DNA of 64,000 nucleotides from Macrostomum lignano (lineage: Eukaryota): the NCBI GenBank assembly GCA_002269645.1, contig NIVC01000660.1, positions 124,001 through 188,000 on the forward strand, given 5' to 3'. The position numbers were made by a program, and so were the translations under genes. Below, one piece after another: positions 24,101 through 35,651 of the stretch. A model generated the notes under the pieces. The model was not told the origin of the DNA, searched no databases, and saw nothing but the letters and a program-made list of their open reading frames with translations. Within the stretch, counting starts at the first letter, position 1. Each line of letters opens with the position of its first letter.

Positions 24101-27060
24101 TCCCGCGCCTCCTGCCAGGGGAGCTCTCTCCGCGGGGGTGACTTACACACTGCCTCTGTCCCGCGCCGCGTGCTGCGACATGCCGGGTAGCGTCCTCTAT
24201 CTCCTACTGCCTCCACGCACTCTCTGTCCCCCTCCTGCTACAGGGGGCTGGTTGCTCGCTGTACAGGGCAGCGTCAGCATCTGGGTTTCCTTCCTGCACC
24301 GTCTACCCCACCACTATACTGACTAACCGCATGCACACGACATTGGTGGGAGGGGTGGAGTTCCCCACTGACGGGTGTACACCTACTCGACGCTGAAGGT
24401 ACACTTGCTGAACGCCCACCCTGTCAGATGTACACTTGCTGAACACCCATCCTGTCAGATGTACACTCGCTGGACGCCCACCCTGCCGGGTGTACACCCC
24501 GCCGTCCCTTCCCTCCAGGAGCACTGCAAGTAGACTAGTATGGCTTGGTATTCGGAGTTGGCGTGTGTACGTAATATACTCTTTGTAATATTTACTTGAC
24601 CTGGGTTTGTAAGTTCTAATAACATATAAATGACTACTGCTGACTAGTTGACGCATCTGGATGGTGTGATAAAAACTAGTAACGTACCGTGATTTCGAGA
24701 GAAATCCTAGCACAATACTGTTCTGTCCGGCATGTGGAAAAGTATTTGCCCCGCCTTCGCTTACTCATACTGCACACAGACAAAGCTTATCTCTATTAGC
24801 AATCTGTTCGTGGTGGTTTAGAAGGATACTGTCTTCCTGTATATAGCTCTCTATCCCTTCATCACTCGTAATAACTTCATAAATGCTCGCTTGACCAATG
24901 GCTGGTACTGAACTAATAATTCATACGATACATAATGGTTAATACTTTCTAACTCCGTACAGCTCACAAGTTTCTACTCTCTACCTTATCAGTAACATTA
25001 AAATAAAAAGGTAAAATTTGCTGGTTTTGTGCCTTGTTTGCTTACTTTTCTATTAAAATACTTGCGGTTTATAATTGAAAATGTCTGCTTTTTATTCAAT
25101 TTTATGTGGTTTGAAGGTTTATTTTTGCTAAAATGCCTGGTTTCTTATAAAAATTTCTACTCTCGACAATGATTGTGTCAGCTATTTCATTAAAATAACC
25201 TACTTTTTGAATAAAACGTTGTATTTAAGCCCCTAGTTTTTTCAAAACATAATTGAAACAGCTTACATAGAGCATGCAGACCCCGAAACCCCTCTAGTGT
25301 GCCCTGATTTCAGCGGTCTGACGGTTAAGATCTGTATTTTTACACTATATTTTCCTTCATACAGCAATACAGGAGGGTATGGAAGAGTGAGTCTGGCGGG
25401 AGAGGGGGCTTGTGGGGTGATGAGGATGCGTACACACAGTTTAGCCTGTTTTAGCCTACCTTTTGGGCTAATATACTTACTATTATTACTACCATTATAC
25501 CTACTATGTACATACTATTATACTACCCGCTATTAAATATGCTGCACTAAAACCAACTTTTGAAAATACATAGCGTGTTTTGGTCTATTCTCCCTCACGT
25601 CTCTGTCCCTACACGTGCTCTGCCCGCTTTGGTCTCTGTTTGTGTACCTCTCTGTAACGTCTCTGTACGCTCAGACTGGTTTCTCCGTCCCCGCACGCGC
25701 CTCTACTAAAGTTTGCTGTTACCTACCCCTACACACTGCTCTCTGTCTCCCTCCGCGCACACCTCACTGCCCTTGCATGTAATTTGCATGCCTTGCATGC
25801 CCTGTCCTGCCCTCGCGTGGGTCCCTGCCTATACATAGCTACCGGACCCTACCTCTCTCTGTGCCTTGCTCGCAACTCTGTCCCAGGCCCCCCTTCATAC
25901 TTCTCTGTCCCAGGCCCCCCTTCATACTTCTCTGTCCCGGGCTGTAACTGGCTGACACGCGCCTCTCTGTTCCCCAGCCTGCGTGGCTGCCTACCCTGCA
26001 CACTGCTCTCTGTCCCCCTCCGCGCCTCTCTATCATCCTATTCCTGCAGCTGACCGTGCCGTTCAGCTCTGTCCACGCACGGCTCCACCCCTGCCCGTGT
26101 CTCACTGTACACTGCTCCCTGCTGCATGGCTCCCTTACCCTGCGCGTTTGCTTCCTATCTCCCTCCTGCTCCATATGTTTCTGTTCCCTCACACTACGCA
26201 CACGTGGCTGGCTCTCTGTCCAAACACATCTCTGCTCCTCCACTCTATCCTCGCGTGGCCCCTTGACGGTTCGCATGCCCCTGCATACCCTGCCTGCCTC
26301 TCTGTCCCCTGCAACTGGGGAGGGAGCTCTCTATCCTCTGTATGGCTTTCTCTGTGGGGTGTGTGTGACTCACACTACCTCTCTGTCCTAGCATGCGCCT
26401 CTCTATCCGGCTCCTGCAGCAGGCTGTGTTATTCACATCTCTTTCCACCCACCCTCTGCCCGTACACGCTCAGTGTACAGGGCTGCGTCAGCATCGGGGT
26501 TAAAACTTCTCGCTCCCTATGCTTCAACAGTATAACAACCTAGTGGCTGGTTCTCTGTCCGCCCCACCCCTCTCTGCCCGTACACTCTCACTGTACAGGG
26601 CTGCGTCAGCGTTAGGGTTGAAACTTCTCGCTCCCTATACCCCACAACCGTGTAGTGTCCTAGTATGGGCGCGACCTGGGTTCGATTTCGCTAGTTGAGA
26701 TGTAGGTGAGAGAGGGGAAGAGGCCCGTATCGATGACTACATATCGGTGTACACACATATCGGGAGAGTGTACACTCGGGGTGCCTGCGGCATGGGCGCC
26801 TGCTGCATGGGCGCCTGCGGCTCGGGAGGGTGCGCTTGGGATCTGATTGATTTGGGATCTGATTGATTTGGGATCTGATTGATTTATTGGGATCTAATAT
26901 CGGTAGGTGCGCCTGCGGCTGGGGAGGGTCGCGGGTTCGAGTCGCCGATATCGATACGGGTATCGATCACCTAGTGATCGGGGCGCCAGCCAATGAGAGG
27001 CGAGGAGGGTTGACACCCACCTCACCTCCAAAATCAAGCCATCTGCCGTTGCTTAGTAGT
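18160..27060. mobile_element. 8.9-kb palindromic (fold-back) insertion with 6-bp TSD; candidate non-autonomous Polinton/Maverick-like element
   Basis: Arms 18160-22607 and 22683-27060 are reverse complements (mirror ORFs 20578..20988+/24303..24713-, 21678..21941-/23297..23614+). Termini are ACTACTAAGC...GCTTAGTAGT and the TSD is TGGGTG (18154-18159, 27061-27066). No recognisable protein. The structure is certain; the superfamily is inferred. Confidence 0.9.
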
Positions 27061-28500
27061 TGGGTGCACTTCTATCGCAGACGCAATTTGGGCGGGAACC
27101 AGGCTAGCCCATCGCATACGCTAGTCGGACACTGTCAAATATCGAGCAACGCTATTCATAAACAAAGTTACAGAGAAATTAAAGATGCATTGGCTGTGAA
27201 GTTCGGCTGTCTAAGTTTCAATTCTATCTCCACAGCGCGCCGATATTCACGGTGCAAACGGACAACAAGCCACTGGTTGCTCTGTTCGGCAGCATGGTTC
27301 GAGACCTTTCCCAAGAATCGAAGGGATGGCATTGCGCATTTAGCATCTGAAATTCACAGTTGAGTACCAGCCGGGCCCGCTCAACCTGGCAGACGTGCCT
27401 AGCTGGCAGCCCCTGCCGACACCCGCCCGAATGTGGGCAAAGAGCTGGATGCCCTTTCCATCGCCGCTGTTGTGCAGGCGGCCGTACGTCCAAATGTGCT
27501 GTCGATCGCCAGCTTACAGGAGAGATCGCGAAAGGACACACCAATTCAAGCGGCGATTCGCGCCTTGGAGACAGGGCGTTGGAGTCTGGAGTCAGCAGAA
27601 CGGCGGTCGCTGCATGCGCTGCGTCAGGAACTGTGCAGTGGGCGGGGTGCTCCTACGGGACCAGCGAATCGTCGTCCCGGTGGCGCTCCGACGGCTGGTA
27701 CTGGATCTAGCGCAACGGCCGGCACCAGTGCGTACGCAAGACGCTGGGACCGGCTGAACACCAAGGTCTGGAACTTTTCAAATAAAGATGGAGCGCTTCG
27801 TAGCCGTGTGCCAGGCCTGACTGGCCGCTGAATCCGACGCCTATCCCGAATGCGGCATGGCTGACGCTCGGTGCGGATCTGCTCGGACCCATTCAAGGCA
27901 GCATACTGCTAGTCTGCGTCGATCAATACTTCCGATTTTCCGAGGTGAAGGTCAAACGTTAGTCACTGACAATGGTCCACCGCGTTCGCTTCAGCCCAGT
28001 TTAAGAGCTACGGAATCCGTCAGCTCCTCATCATGAATCGTTCCATTAAGAAGGTGGTGCGCTCTGCAATTGCACAGAAGCGCGACTGGAGAGCGGCCAT
28101 TGACGAGTTGCTGCTGTCCTTTCGATGCACGCCTTAGCGAACAACTGGACCGGTGGTCAAATCATGGACCGGCAGCTTCCGCGCAGCGCGAAGCAGCTCG
28201 AAAGACGCAATGCGAACGGATTTAGACAGACCAGAAGCGACTGGCGAGATCGCACAAGCTCAAGGTTTGCGACACTGAATCCGCTCAAGGAAGACACGCC
28301 GTTCGAGTGGGACCCCTGGCTTATCGATGAGGAGATCAAGGCGGACTCGGTGACGATACGACAGGGTGACAGAGTTTGGCGGCCAGCTGAACTAAGTTCT
28401 GCGTGGCGCATTGCTCGAACAGTTGCCGATCTCTCAGGTTGTGATCAGTCAACAATTTGCTCAGGATGCTCGCAGGTGGGAAAACACGACGAGAAAAGCA
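27061..28500 (+). mobile_element. Degenerate Gypsy pol: RNase H and integrase remnants
   Basis: Frameshifted motifs GALLSQ, PIAYASRTLSNIEQRY, ALAVKFGC, FTVQTDNKPLV, RIVVPVALRRLVLDLA, LGADLLGPIQGSILLVCVDQYFRFSEV, VTDNGP and NRSIKK. Confidence 0.9.
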
Positions 28501-28509
28501 GATTGAGGG

Positions 28510-30900
28510 ATTCCTCGGCGGTTCTGGAATAGTTGCCATCCAAATGAAGGAGGGAGTTGCACTGGGCGAAGTTTGTCGTGTCTGAGGGACTTCACCAGCC
28601 GGGCTGTGGGATGCTGGCCCTCCAAACCAGCGCAGAAAGCCTTCCAGGTGTCCTTTTTGGCCTTCCGGATACAGCTCTTGTAGGTTCTCAAACCTGAGTG
28701 GTAGATCTCCCAGTCTTCTGGGGTGTTATTCTGGTTGGCCATCCGATGCAGCCGACGGGAGGTCTTTTTCAAACGGGTGAGATCTTTATTCCACCAAAGT
28801 GAGTACTTCTTCCTACTGACAATAAGAGGGGCGTTTTTCACCGTGGCCGCATTTAGCAGCTCGACAAGCTTGTTGCAACGGGCTTCAATGCTCGGGATTG
28901 CTTCGCAACCGTTCAGGTCTTCGGCCGGTTCGCTGCTGATCAGAGACTCAAGGTCCCTTCTGAAGCCAGCCCAGTCCGCTCTTTTTAAATTGGGACGGTT
29001 CGCCTTGGTGACGCGAGCGCCGCCAGCTGTGACACTGAAATGGATATAGAAATGGTCCGAGAGCGAGGGGGATGTCGTCCAAAGGACTACTCAAGTTGTC
29101 CTTGATGTCGTCTCTGACCATCCAATTTTGAATCCGGTTAAGGATGTTACTGGACGCAAGGGTGAGATCAATGACCTCTTTCCTGCTAACGTTCGCAAAG
29201 GTGGGTTTGCGCCCTTTAGTTGCAAATGTGCAGATTCGAGGTGTTAATGAAGTTAATAAGCATACTACCACTGAGGTTAGTGTTACGGCTAGCCCACACA
29301 GTGTTGTGAGCATTCGCATCGCAGCCAATAATGAGGTTTTTGTTCTCGATGTTACAGAAATTGGCGAGATCCTGCAGGAGGGGTGACGGAAGTTCATTCT
29401 GAATATCCATGTACACGGACGAGAAGATCATCCCGTTCACGGTGAAGGTACAAATGTCTTTATTGCAAAACATCGGCATGAGCATGGCTGGGAGCTTGCG
29501 CTTGACCAGGGCAATGGCTCTAGGGGTTTCACGTCTAGAGAGGGAGAGGATCTGGTAGCCTTTCGGCAGCAGGGTGGGCTTACCCTCACGGTGTAGGGCT
29601 GCTGAATGAGGTAGATGTCCACACCGGTGCCACCAAGGGTGTCGGTCAGGCTGCTGGAGGCTGCGACCGGGTGGCGCAGGTTGATCTGCACAATATGCAG
29701 GTTAGGATCACTGTTTTGCGTGAGCGTGGTAATATCATAATTGGGCCCACCCGGAGGGTTGGCCCTCAGACGGTCACGCCTCATCATAGATGATCTGGGC
29801 ATGGCGGTGGTGCGCTTCCTCCTCGGGATGAGGTGGAAGATTATCTTCCATGCACCAACGTAGGCGGCGTGGTCGTTACCTTGCATGTAGCGCTCCCAGT
29901 CGGCAGAGAGGCCCATGTAGAGGGTTTTTCCGTTGCCATCTTTGGCCGGCACCTCCTTGAAAGCCCGGAGGCCGTCCGCAGGCAACTCGGGTGCTTGGCG
30001 ACAAGACGACCGCGGATCTCCTCGATCGTCCTAGCCCCTGAATAGAAGGCCCTGTACCTCTTACAGGGAGGCGGAGGGCGAGCCTTCTCAACGACCAGCT
30101 CCGGGAGCTGTGCCTTGGAAGTACCCCAGTCGATGCTGGGCAGGTTAGCTAAGGCGGTGTTCGAATGTTCTTCGCTCTTAAAGGCGAGAATGAGATTGCT
30201 ATTGGCGTATCTAACAGACTCGACCTCAACACCGATATGGTCGTTATCCCAGAGGAAGTCGTCAGCATGGGCGACGGCGCCTTCCATCTGGGCATCGCTC
30301 AGTGTCCCACTGGCCGCGCGGACACAGATTTTATGGAGGGGTAGCAACCGCGGGGTTCACGGAGAGCTGCGGGAGTTGCCGGCTCCCTAGCCGGAAAAGA
30401 TTTTTGCTCAGAATCCATAGAGAATAGCTGAAACGGGGAAGAAACACAAATTAGAAAAGGCAGACCTACCGCTCAGGGACTGGATATACACCCAGTCAGC
30501 CAGAGGCTACCCCCTGCCACGGCGAACAGCAGGAAGGCTTTGGGTTACCGTCTTAGCCCAGGATTGCTCCCAGGCGACCAGGCGAGGCTCCGGCAGGCCC
30601 CCGTTTCACACTCCACAAGATCAGGGGGCGGGAGGCCGGCTACGGGCTTGGCACACAAACGCCAGGTCGGGTTGACAGCCGACGCCCGAGCCTTCCCCCG
30701 CAGGTGCGGCCCTCGAGAACCCATGCGGTACCAGTTGCAACTATGGGCTGTCGATGGGTAGTTAGCGCTTAGCCAGCAGCCAACTACTTAGCAGCCACCT
30801 GCCCTGCAAAAAGGCAGCAGGGGGGATCCGTCCTCCACCAGCAGACCAAAACGAAGAAGCTGGACGCTTCCACGCCAAGCCAGAGCGAAAGAGGAGGGGG
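28510..30900 (-). mobile_element. Non-LTR retrotransposon 5' half (R1/LOA-like): 5' UTR, ORF1, APE endonuclease, linker; RT absent
   Basis: Motifs IVQINLRH...[23 protein letters not shown]...RKEVIDLTLAS, SDHFYI and WWNKDL...[17 protein letters not shown], with several frameshifts. Boundaries are approximate. Confidence 0.85.
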
Positions 30901-31243
30901 AAAAGCCTCCTCGAAAAACGAAAAACGAAAAAACTAAAAACAGAGTCCCTCGGTTTAAGTTGCCATTTCTAATAGCGCCGGGGTCTCCTGGTAGTGTCAC
31001 TGTCTCCTGGTAAGTCACTGTCTCCTGGTAGCATCGGGTCTCCTGGTAGCGCCTCTGTCTCAAAAGTTCAACAGAATGAAGAGCAGCGGCAAAACCGGCA
31101 GTTAAACTCGCGCCAACTGGCATGCACTGCTTCATCAGGCCAAGGCCAAGGAGCCTGAAGAGCAACAGTTAGCGATGTAGTGGTAGTAGAAATTTCGTAG
31201 AATTTATAACTTTGTTTGTAAAACAGTTTGCAAAAAAGATGGC

Positions 31244-32100
31244 TTAAGCGATGTCTTCAAGAAGAGAAACTTGGGTTCCCAAATGAAACGATATAGGTGT
31301 AAAGTTGCTCGCTTGGCAAGTAAGATGAATAGGAAGGCAAAAATCAACATTTAATGAATTTAATTGAACGACTCGTTTCGCACGATACTGTGCATCTTCA
31401 GGTTTATTTTTGAGCGAAAGAAACGAGCGAGATCGGCAGTAAATAAATACAAAATTTTGGGGTGTAAATTCAATCCATATTTGAAGTACATGTTTGTTGG
31501 TCCAAAAGTCGAGAGGCAAAGTGCAGGCCCGGAATGATAGCGATATAGTTAGAAGTATATAATGTACATCTAGTGTCCCCTCCCTCAGAACACACGGAGA
31601 ACATGTCCCGCGCCACTGTGTCGGAGTTGAGTGTTGAGGTTGGGGGAATGCGCTTTAATGTACAGCGCTTCAAGTATCTGGAGTTTGGAGTCAAATGAGC
31701 ATTGATCAATGTCTTTGAAGCGCTCTTCGGGTTTGCAGTTGGAGCAACTATTACACTCTAAGAGATGGTTTTGGATAGCCGACGGTTTCAGCCAGTGCTC
31801 CCTGATTCTAGTGTGCAGGTGCCTTTTTGTCTTCCCCACGTAGGAGACGCTCTGGTCATCAGAGCAGTTGAACTGATAAACGACACGAGTACGAAGAGCA
31901 CAGGGAACACGTGACTTCAACCGACCGACAAAGTTGCCAACCTTAGCAGAACGAAAGATGACACGGATGTTGCAATTAAGCGAGTTGCGGAACAATTTGC
32001 AGATTTTATTTTTGAAAAGTTAAGAAGGATAGCCAAAGAAAGGGAGGACAAGAGTTGGTTCGTTGAGATCGATGGGATCAGCTTTAAGGCTTTTGGGTGA
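31244..32100 (-). mobile_element. Penelope-like element 3' end: GIY-YIG endonuclease (31585-31995) plus 3' UTR/pLTR
   Basis: VVYQFNC...YVGKTKRHLHTRIREH...ILEALYIK..PNLN, preceded by LVLPFFG with one stop. Truncated on the 5' side at ~32100. Confidence 0.9.
31362..31409 (-). ncRNA. Minimal type I hammerhead ribozyme in the Penelope 3' region
   Basis: Minus strand reads aac-CUGAAGA-u-gcac(aguauc)gugc-GAAAC-ga-GUC-guu. The core is intact, stem II is 4 bp, stem III is minimal and stem I is aac/guu. Predicted cut between 31370 and 31369. Confidence 0.78.
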
Positions 32101-32124
32101 TTTTAAGTGGGAGACCAACAATTG

Positions 32125-32695
32125 ACCTCTGCAACTTGACCGCCGCAATTTGACCGCCGCAATTTGACCGTCGCAATTTGACCGCCGCAATTTGACCGCC
32201 GCAATTTGACCGTCGCAATTTGACCGCCGCAATTTGACCGTCGCAATTTGACCGCCACAATTTGACCGTCGCAATTTGACCGCCGCAATTTGACCGTCGC
32301 AATTTGACCGCCGCAATTTGACCGCCGCAATTTGACCGTCGCAATTTGACCGTCGCAATTTGACCGTCGCAATTTGACCGTCGCAATTTGACCGCCGCAA
32401 TTTGACCGCCGCAATTTGACCGCCGCAATTTGACCGCCACAATTAGACCGCCGCAATTTGACCGCCGCAATTAGACCGCCGCAATTTGACCGCCACAATT
32501 TGACCGCCGCAATTTGACCGCCACAATTAGACCGCCGCAATTTGACCGCCGCAATTAGACCGCCGCAATTTGACCGCCACAATTTGACCGCCGCAATTTG
32601 ACCGCCGCAATTTGACCGCCGCAATTTGACCGCCGCAATTTGACCGCCGCAATTTGACCGCCGCAATTTGACCGCCGCAATTTGACCGCCGCAAT
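32125..32695. repeat. 14-bp minisatellite (aatttgaccgccgc), with 2-3 inverted copies at ~33862-33890
   Basis: Direct observation. Confidence 0.95.
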
Positions 32696-34686
32696 TGCCG
32701 GCAATTTGGTGTTGAGCACCAGTAACGGAAATGAATGAAAACGGAACGGAATGAACATAACGGAATGAATGAAAAATTTCATTTCCGTTAACGGACGGCC
32801 GTTAAGATTTTCACTAACGGATTAACGAATATGCGTGAATAATTTCGTAAGTTAATGACAAATTTATCGTTAACGTTTAAGACAATGTCAAGTGTGAAAC
32901 CAAAAAGTAAAAAAGAACGAGAAAAAAACATATATAAATATACTATAGATTACAAATAAGAAATAACTTGTACATAATAAGGAGCGAGAGCAAGAAGTTA
33001 AATATATACAATTTAACGGATATACAAATTTAATTTATAACAGTCGTGAAAGTTTGTATTATTTTTTCTTAGGTTTTGAAAAAGAATTAAACATCGTTTT
33101 TATTTATTTTATACGCATTCTTCTCTCATGGTGCCTATTGGGATGTATTCTCACTGTCTATAGTGTGGGTCTAGCGGTTTGGGTTCTTCAGCTCTTTCTT
33201 CGATCTATTAGGCAGTCAGAGAAAACCGTATAAACTGATGGGATCTCCTATAGTATCTAGGCTGCATTTGAATCGCACGAATATTTCGCTTTGCGTAGCT
33301 TTCAAGACAAATGATTGATTTTAAGACTTAGATTTGAGCCAACTTGATAATCCAGAGACCAGCACAAATAGAGCGGGTTAGGATCTGAACTCGCGCAAAA
33401 GAAGAGCGCCGCTCCAGTTTGAGATGGGCGTCTATTTTATACCGATTGGAATTTTTAACCCTCTTCCCCCGCCGCCGGTGGGACGTCTTTGCGTGGTTAG
33501 CAACGGAGAGCGGTTGTAAGCAATAAAAATCTGGGACTCAGTCCCCAGCTAGTTGTACACGAGTTTACTTAGTTCTAGTAGGTTGCTAAGTGTGTGGGTT
33601 AGAGATTATTCGGGTTTTGCTAATCTATGTGTTGAGTTGGATAAATTTTGGGATAGAAAGCTGATTATAGAAAAAGAGCTTCGTTTTCCTTCTCTTAACT
33701 TTGTCCATGGATGATTAAACAGTCCTCTCTCTCTCTCTCTCGGTTGTCGAGCTACTTGGGGTTGATCTCGCCTTCTTGGGCAGCTCCAGCTAGGTTGAAT
33801 AGGAGTCCGTGGGCGGGCCCGTCTGATTCCTCCTCCAAAGTTCGTCAGGTTGAGGCGTTGAGGCGGTCAAATTGCGGCGGTCGAATTGTCGGCGACGAAA
33901 TGTCAGTGAGAGACTTTGCGAAAGTACATGTAAGACTAGCTAACTAGGTTACGAGCGTACGTATGTTTTGTTGCACTTCTGCACATCTGCAGACTGCTTG
34001 GTTCTAAGTCGTACCACTATGGCAATACAACTTGAAGATAAAGTATTTGTGAACAGGATCGTAGAGGCGCACTTTTTTATTCCCATAATGCTTTAGCTCG
34101 CGAGAGATCAGCAACATTGTCTAGCAATTTGACGATCATAATTCACACTTTTAATGCAGAACAATCCATTACTACAAGCAATACATTATCCGTAGGATCG
34201 CCAAACAGAAAAACAATTAATGCAAAGAATCAGCGGTCGCAGCACGTGACAACGATTTGTCTATGGCTCGCGCCGGTATCCCCCACTTGCTCCGGGCAAA
34301 ACGTCTATGGTCTCAGTGTAAATTTCATTTATTTGCATCAGTGCAAATAAACGGTTTATTTCACTCGCCCATAGACAAATTAAAACGCTGCTTCTAACTG
34401 CTCACTTGGCTACATAGAGAGAATTGTCTGAAACAGCAAATTTCACTTTTATTTTCTTCAGCAAATGACCTTCAATCGGCACAACTTGACAATTTTTATG
34501 ACAAGAAAGGGATATTTTCAAACAGCATATCCATTAATATCCAAAACATGCTGGGAAAAGAGCATTCAAGAATCAGGAACTAAACGCTGAATACTTCAAC
34601 AAAAAGCAATCAATTTTGGTACAATAACATTTACAACAAGAATGCAAACTGTTTGCCAGTAAGCAATAATAACCTATTGAATAAGT

Positions 34687-35270
34687 TCATTTCCACATTG
34701 TCCGTTTACTAGCCTGCTTACATCCTGTTTTTACTAATCTTTGCTTGAAAAATGAAATGACAACACGATTCGACTGGCCGCAGGCTTCAATTCTCATCAC
34801 CTTGTCAGGTGGACCAGAAACGGTAGTAACTCCATTTTCACTCGTGCTAGTAGCCTCGCTTGGTTGGCGCACACTTTGGCCACTGAGAACAGCACTTACT
34901 TGTTTTTGCCGATTGACCGATGGTGCAATGTAGCGTTCGAGGGCTTTCGCGCTTGAATGTCCCGTTACTTGGGCGATATCGCCTCGCTCAATCCCAGCTT
35001 CGTGCAACTCAGTCGCGCAAATTTTTCGCAAGCTCTGATTGGTAAATCTACCAGATCCTTCAAGTCGAACGGATGCAACAGCGTCCCGCACTAAAGTCGA
35101 CAGCGTATTTCTACCGATCTGACCAACAGTAAACCAGGATGTAGCGCTTTCCGTTGTCCAATTCTTGTTCGCCGAGAGAAAAAGAGCAGGTTGCACAGTT
35201 TTCTGGACGCAAACTCGCATATTTGCGATAAACGCAAACGATGCATTTTTCACAATCGGCATTCACATTC
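34687..35270 (-). pseudogene. C-terminal third of a second Crypton-type tyrosine recombinase (frameshifted)
   Basis: KCIVCVYRKYASLRPENC, a frameshift at ~35190, then ALFL...RFTNQSLRKICATEL...VTGHSS...LERYI...MRIEACGQSNRVVISFF. It is colinear with the 35652-37018 protein. Confidence 0.8.
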
Positions 35271-35651
35271 ACAATACAGTCATTTTTCACATTTCACTAT
35301 TGGCTCGTGACTGCCATAGACAAAGTATTTTTCGTCTCGTTTTCGTTTTCGTTCCCCTCTGAAAGGTCTGTCCCAGCATAGTATGAGCTCGCATCAAAAT
35401 ATGGTTTCAGCCAATAGGAAGGAACGGGGGGAACGGGATGTTAAAAGCGAAAATCGAGCGAGATAAAAATAATTACTGGCTCAGATTAGCACTCCATTCT
35501 ATTCTTTCCTCCATGTTTGAAACAAGACCGGTTTCACAACACTGAATAGCAACAAATGGGGATCGAAAGTGAAAAATCTAACAACGAACAGTTATAAGCA
35601 GTCTTGTATCAGAGAGCGTCAGAGGGAGTCAGCGAAGGAGGGAGGATGAAA

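Noticed and set aside
18374-26543. ORFs inside the palindrome arms (e.g. 18823..19731, 20578..20988, 23089..23421)
   Set aside because: Low-complexity or unrecognisable. They are often broken differently in the two arms, with no pPolB, integrase, capsid or Rep motifs seen.
18160-27060. Palindrome as a long-read fold-back or assembly artefact
   Set aside because: The arms differ by many substitutions and indels in the middle zone. Unique flanks resume on both sides with an exact 6-bp TSD and rejoin a Gypsy reading frame, which a chimeric read would not do. Read-level confirmation is still advisable.
30400-31200. HDV-like ribozyme in the LINE 5' UTR
   Set aside because: Searched by eye on the minus strand; no convincing P1/P3/L3/J4-2 arrangement was found.
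33100-33850. Possible degenerate LINE C-terminal coding remnant on the minus strand
   Set aside because: The resemblance is weak and interrupted by stops, with no diagnostic motif.
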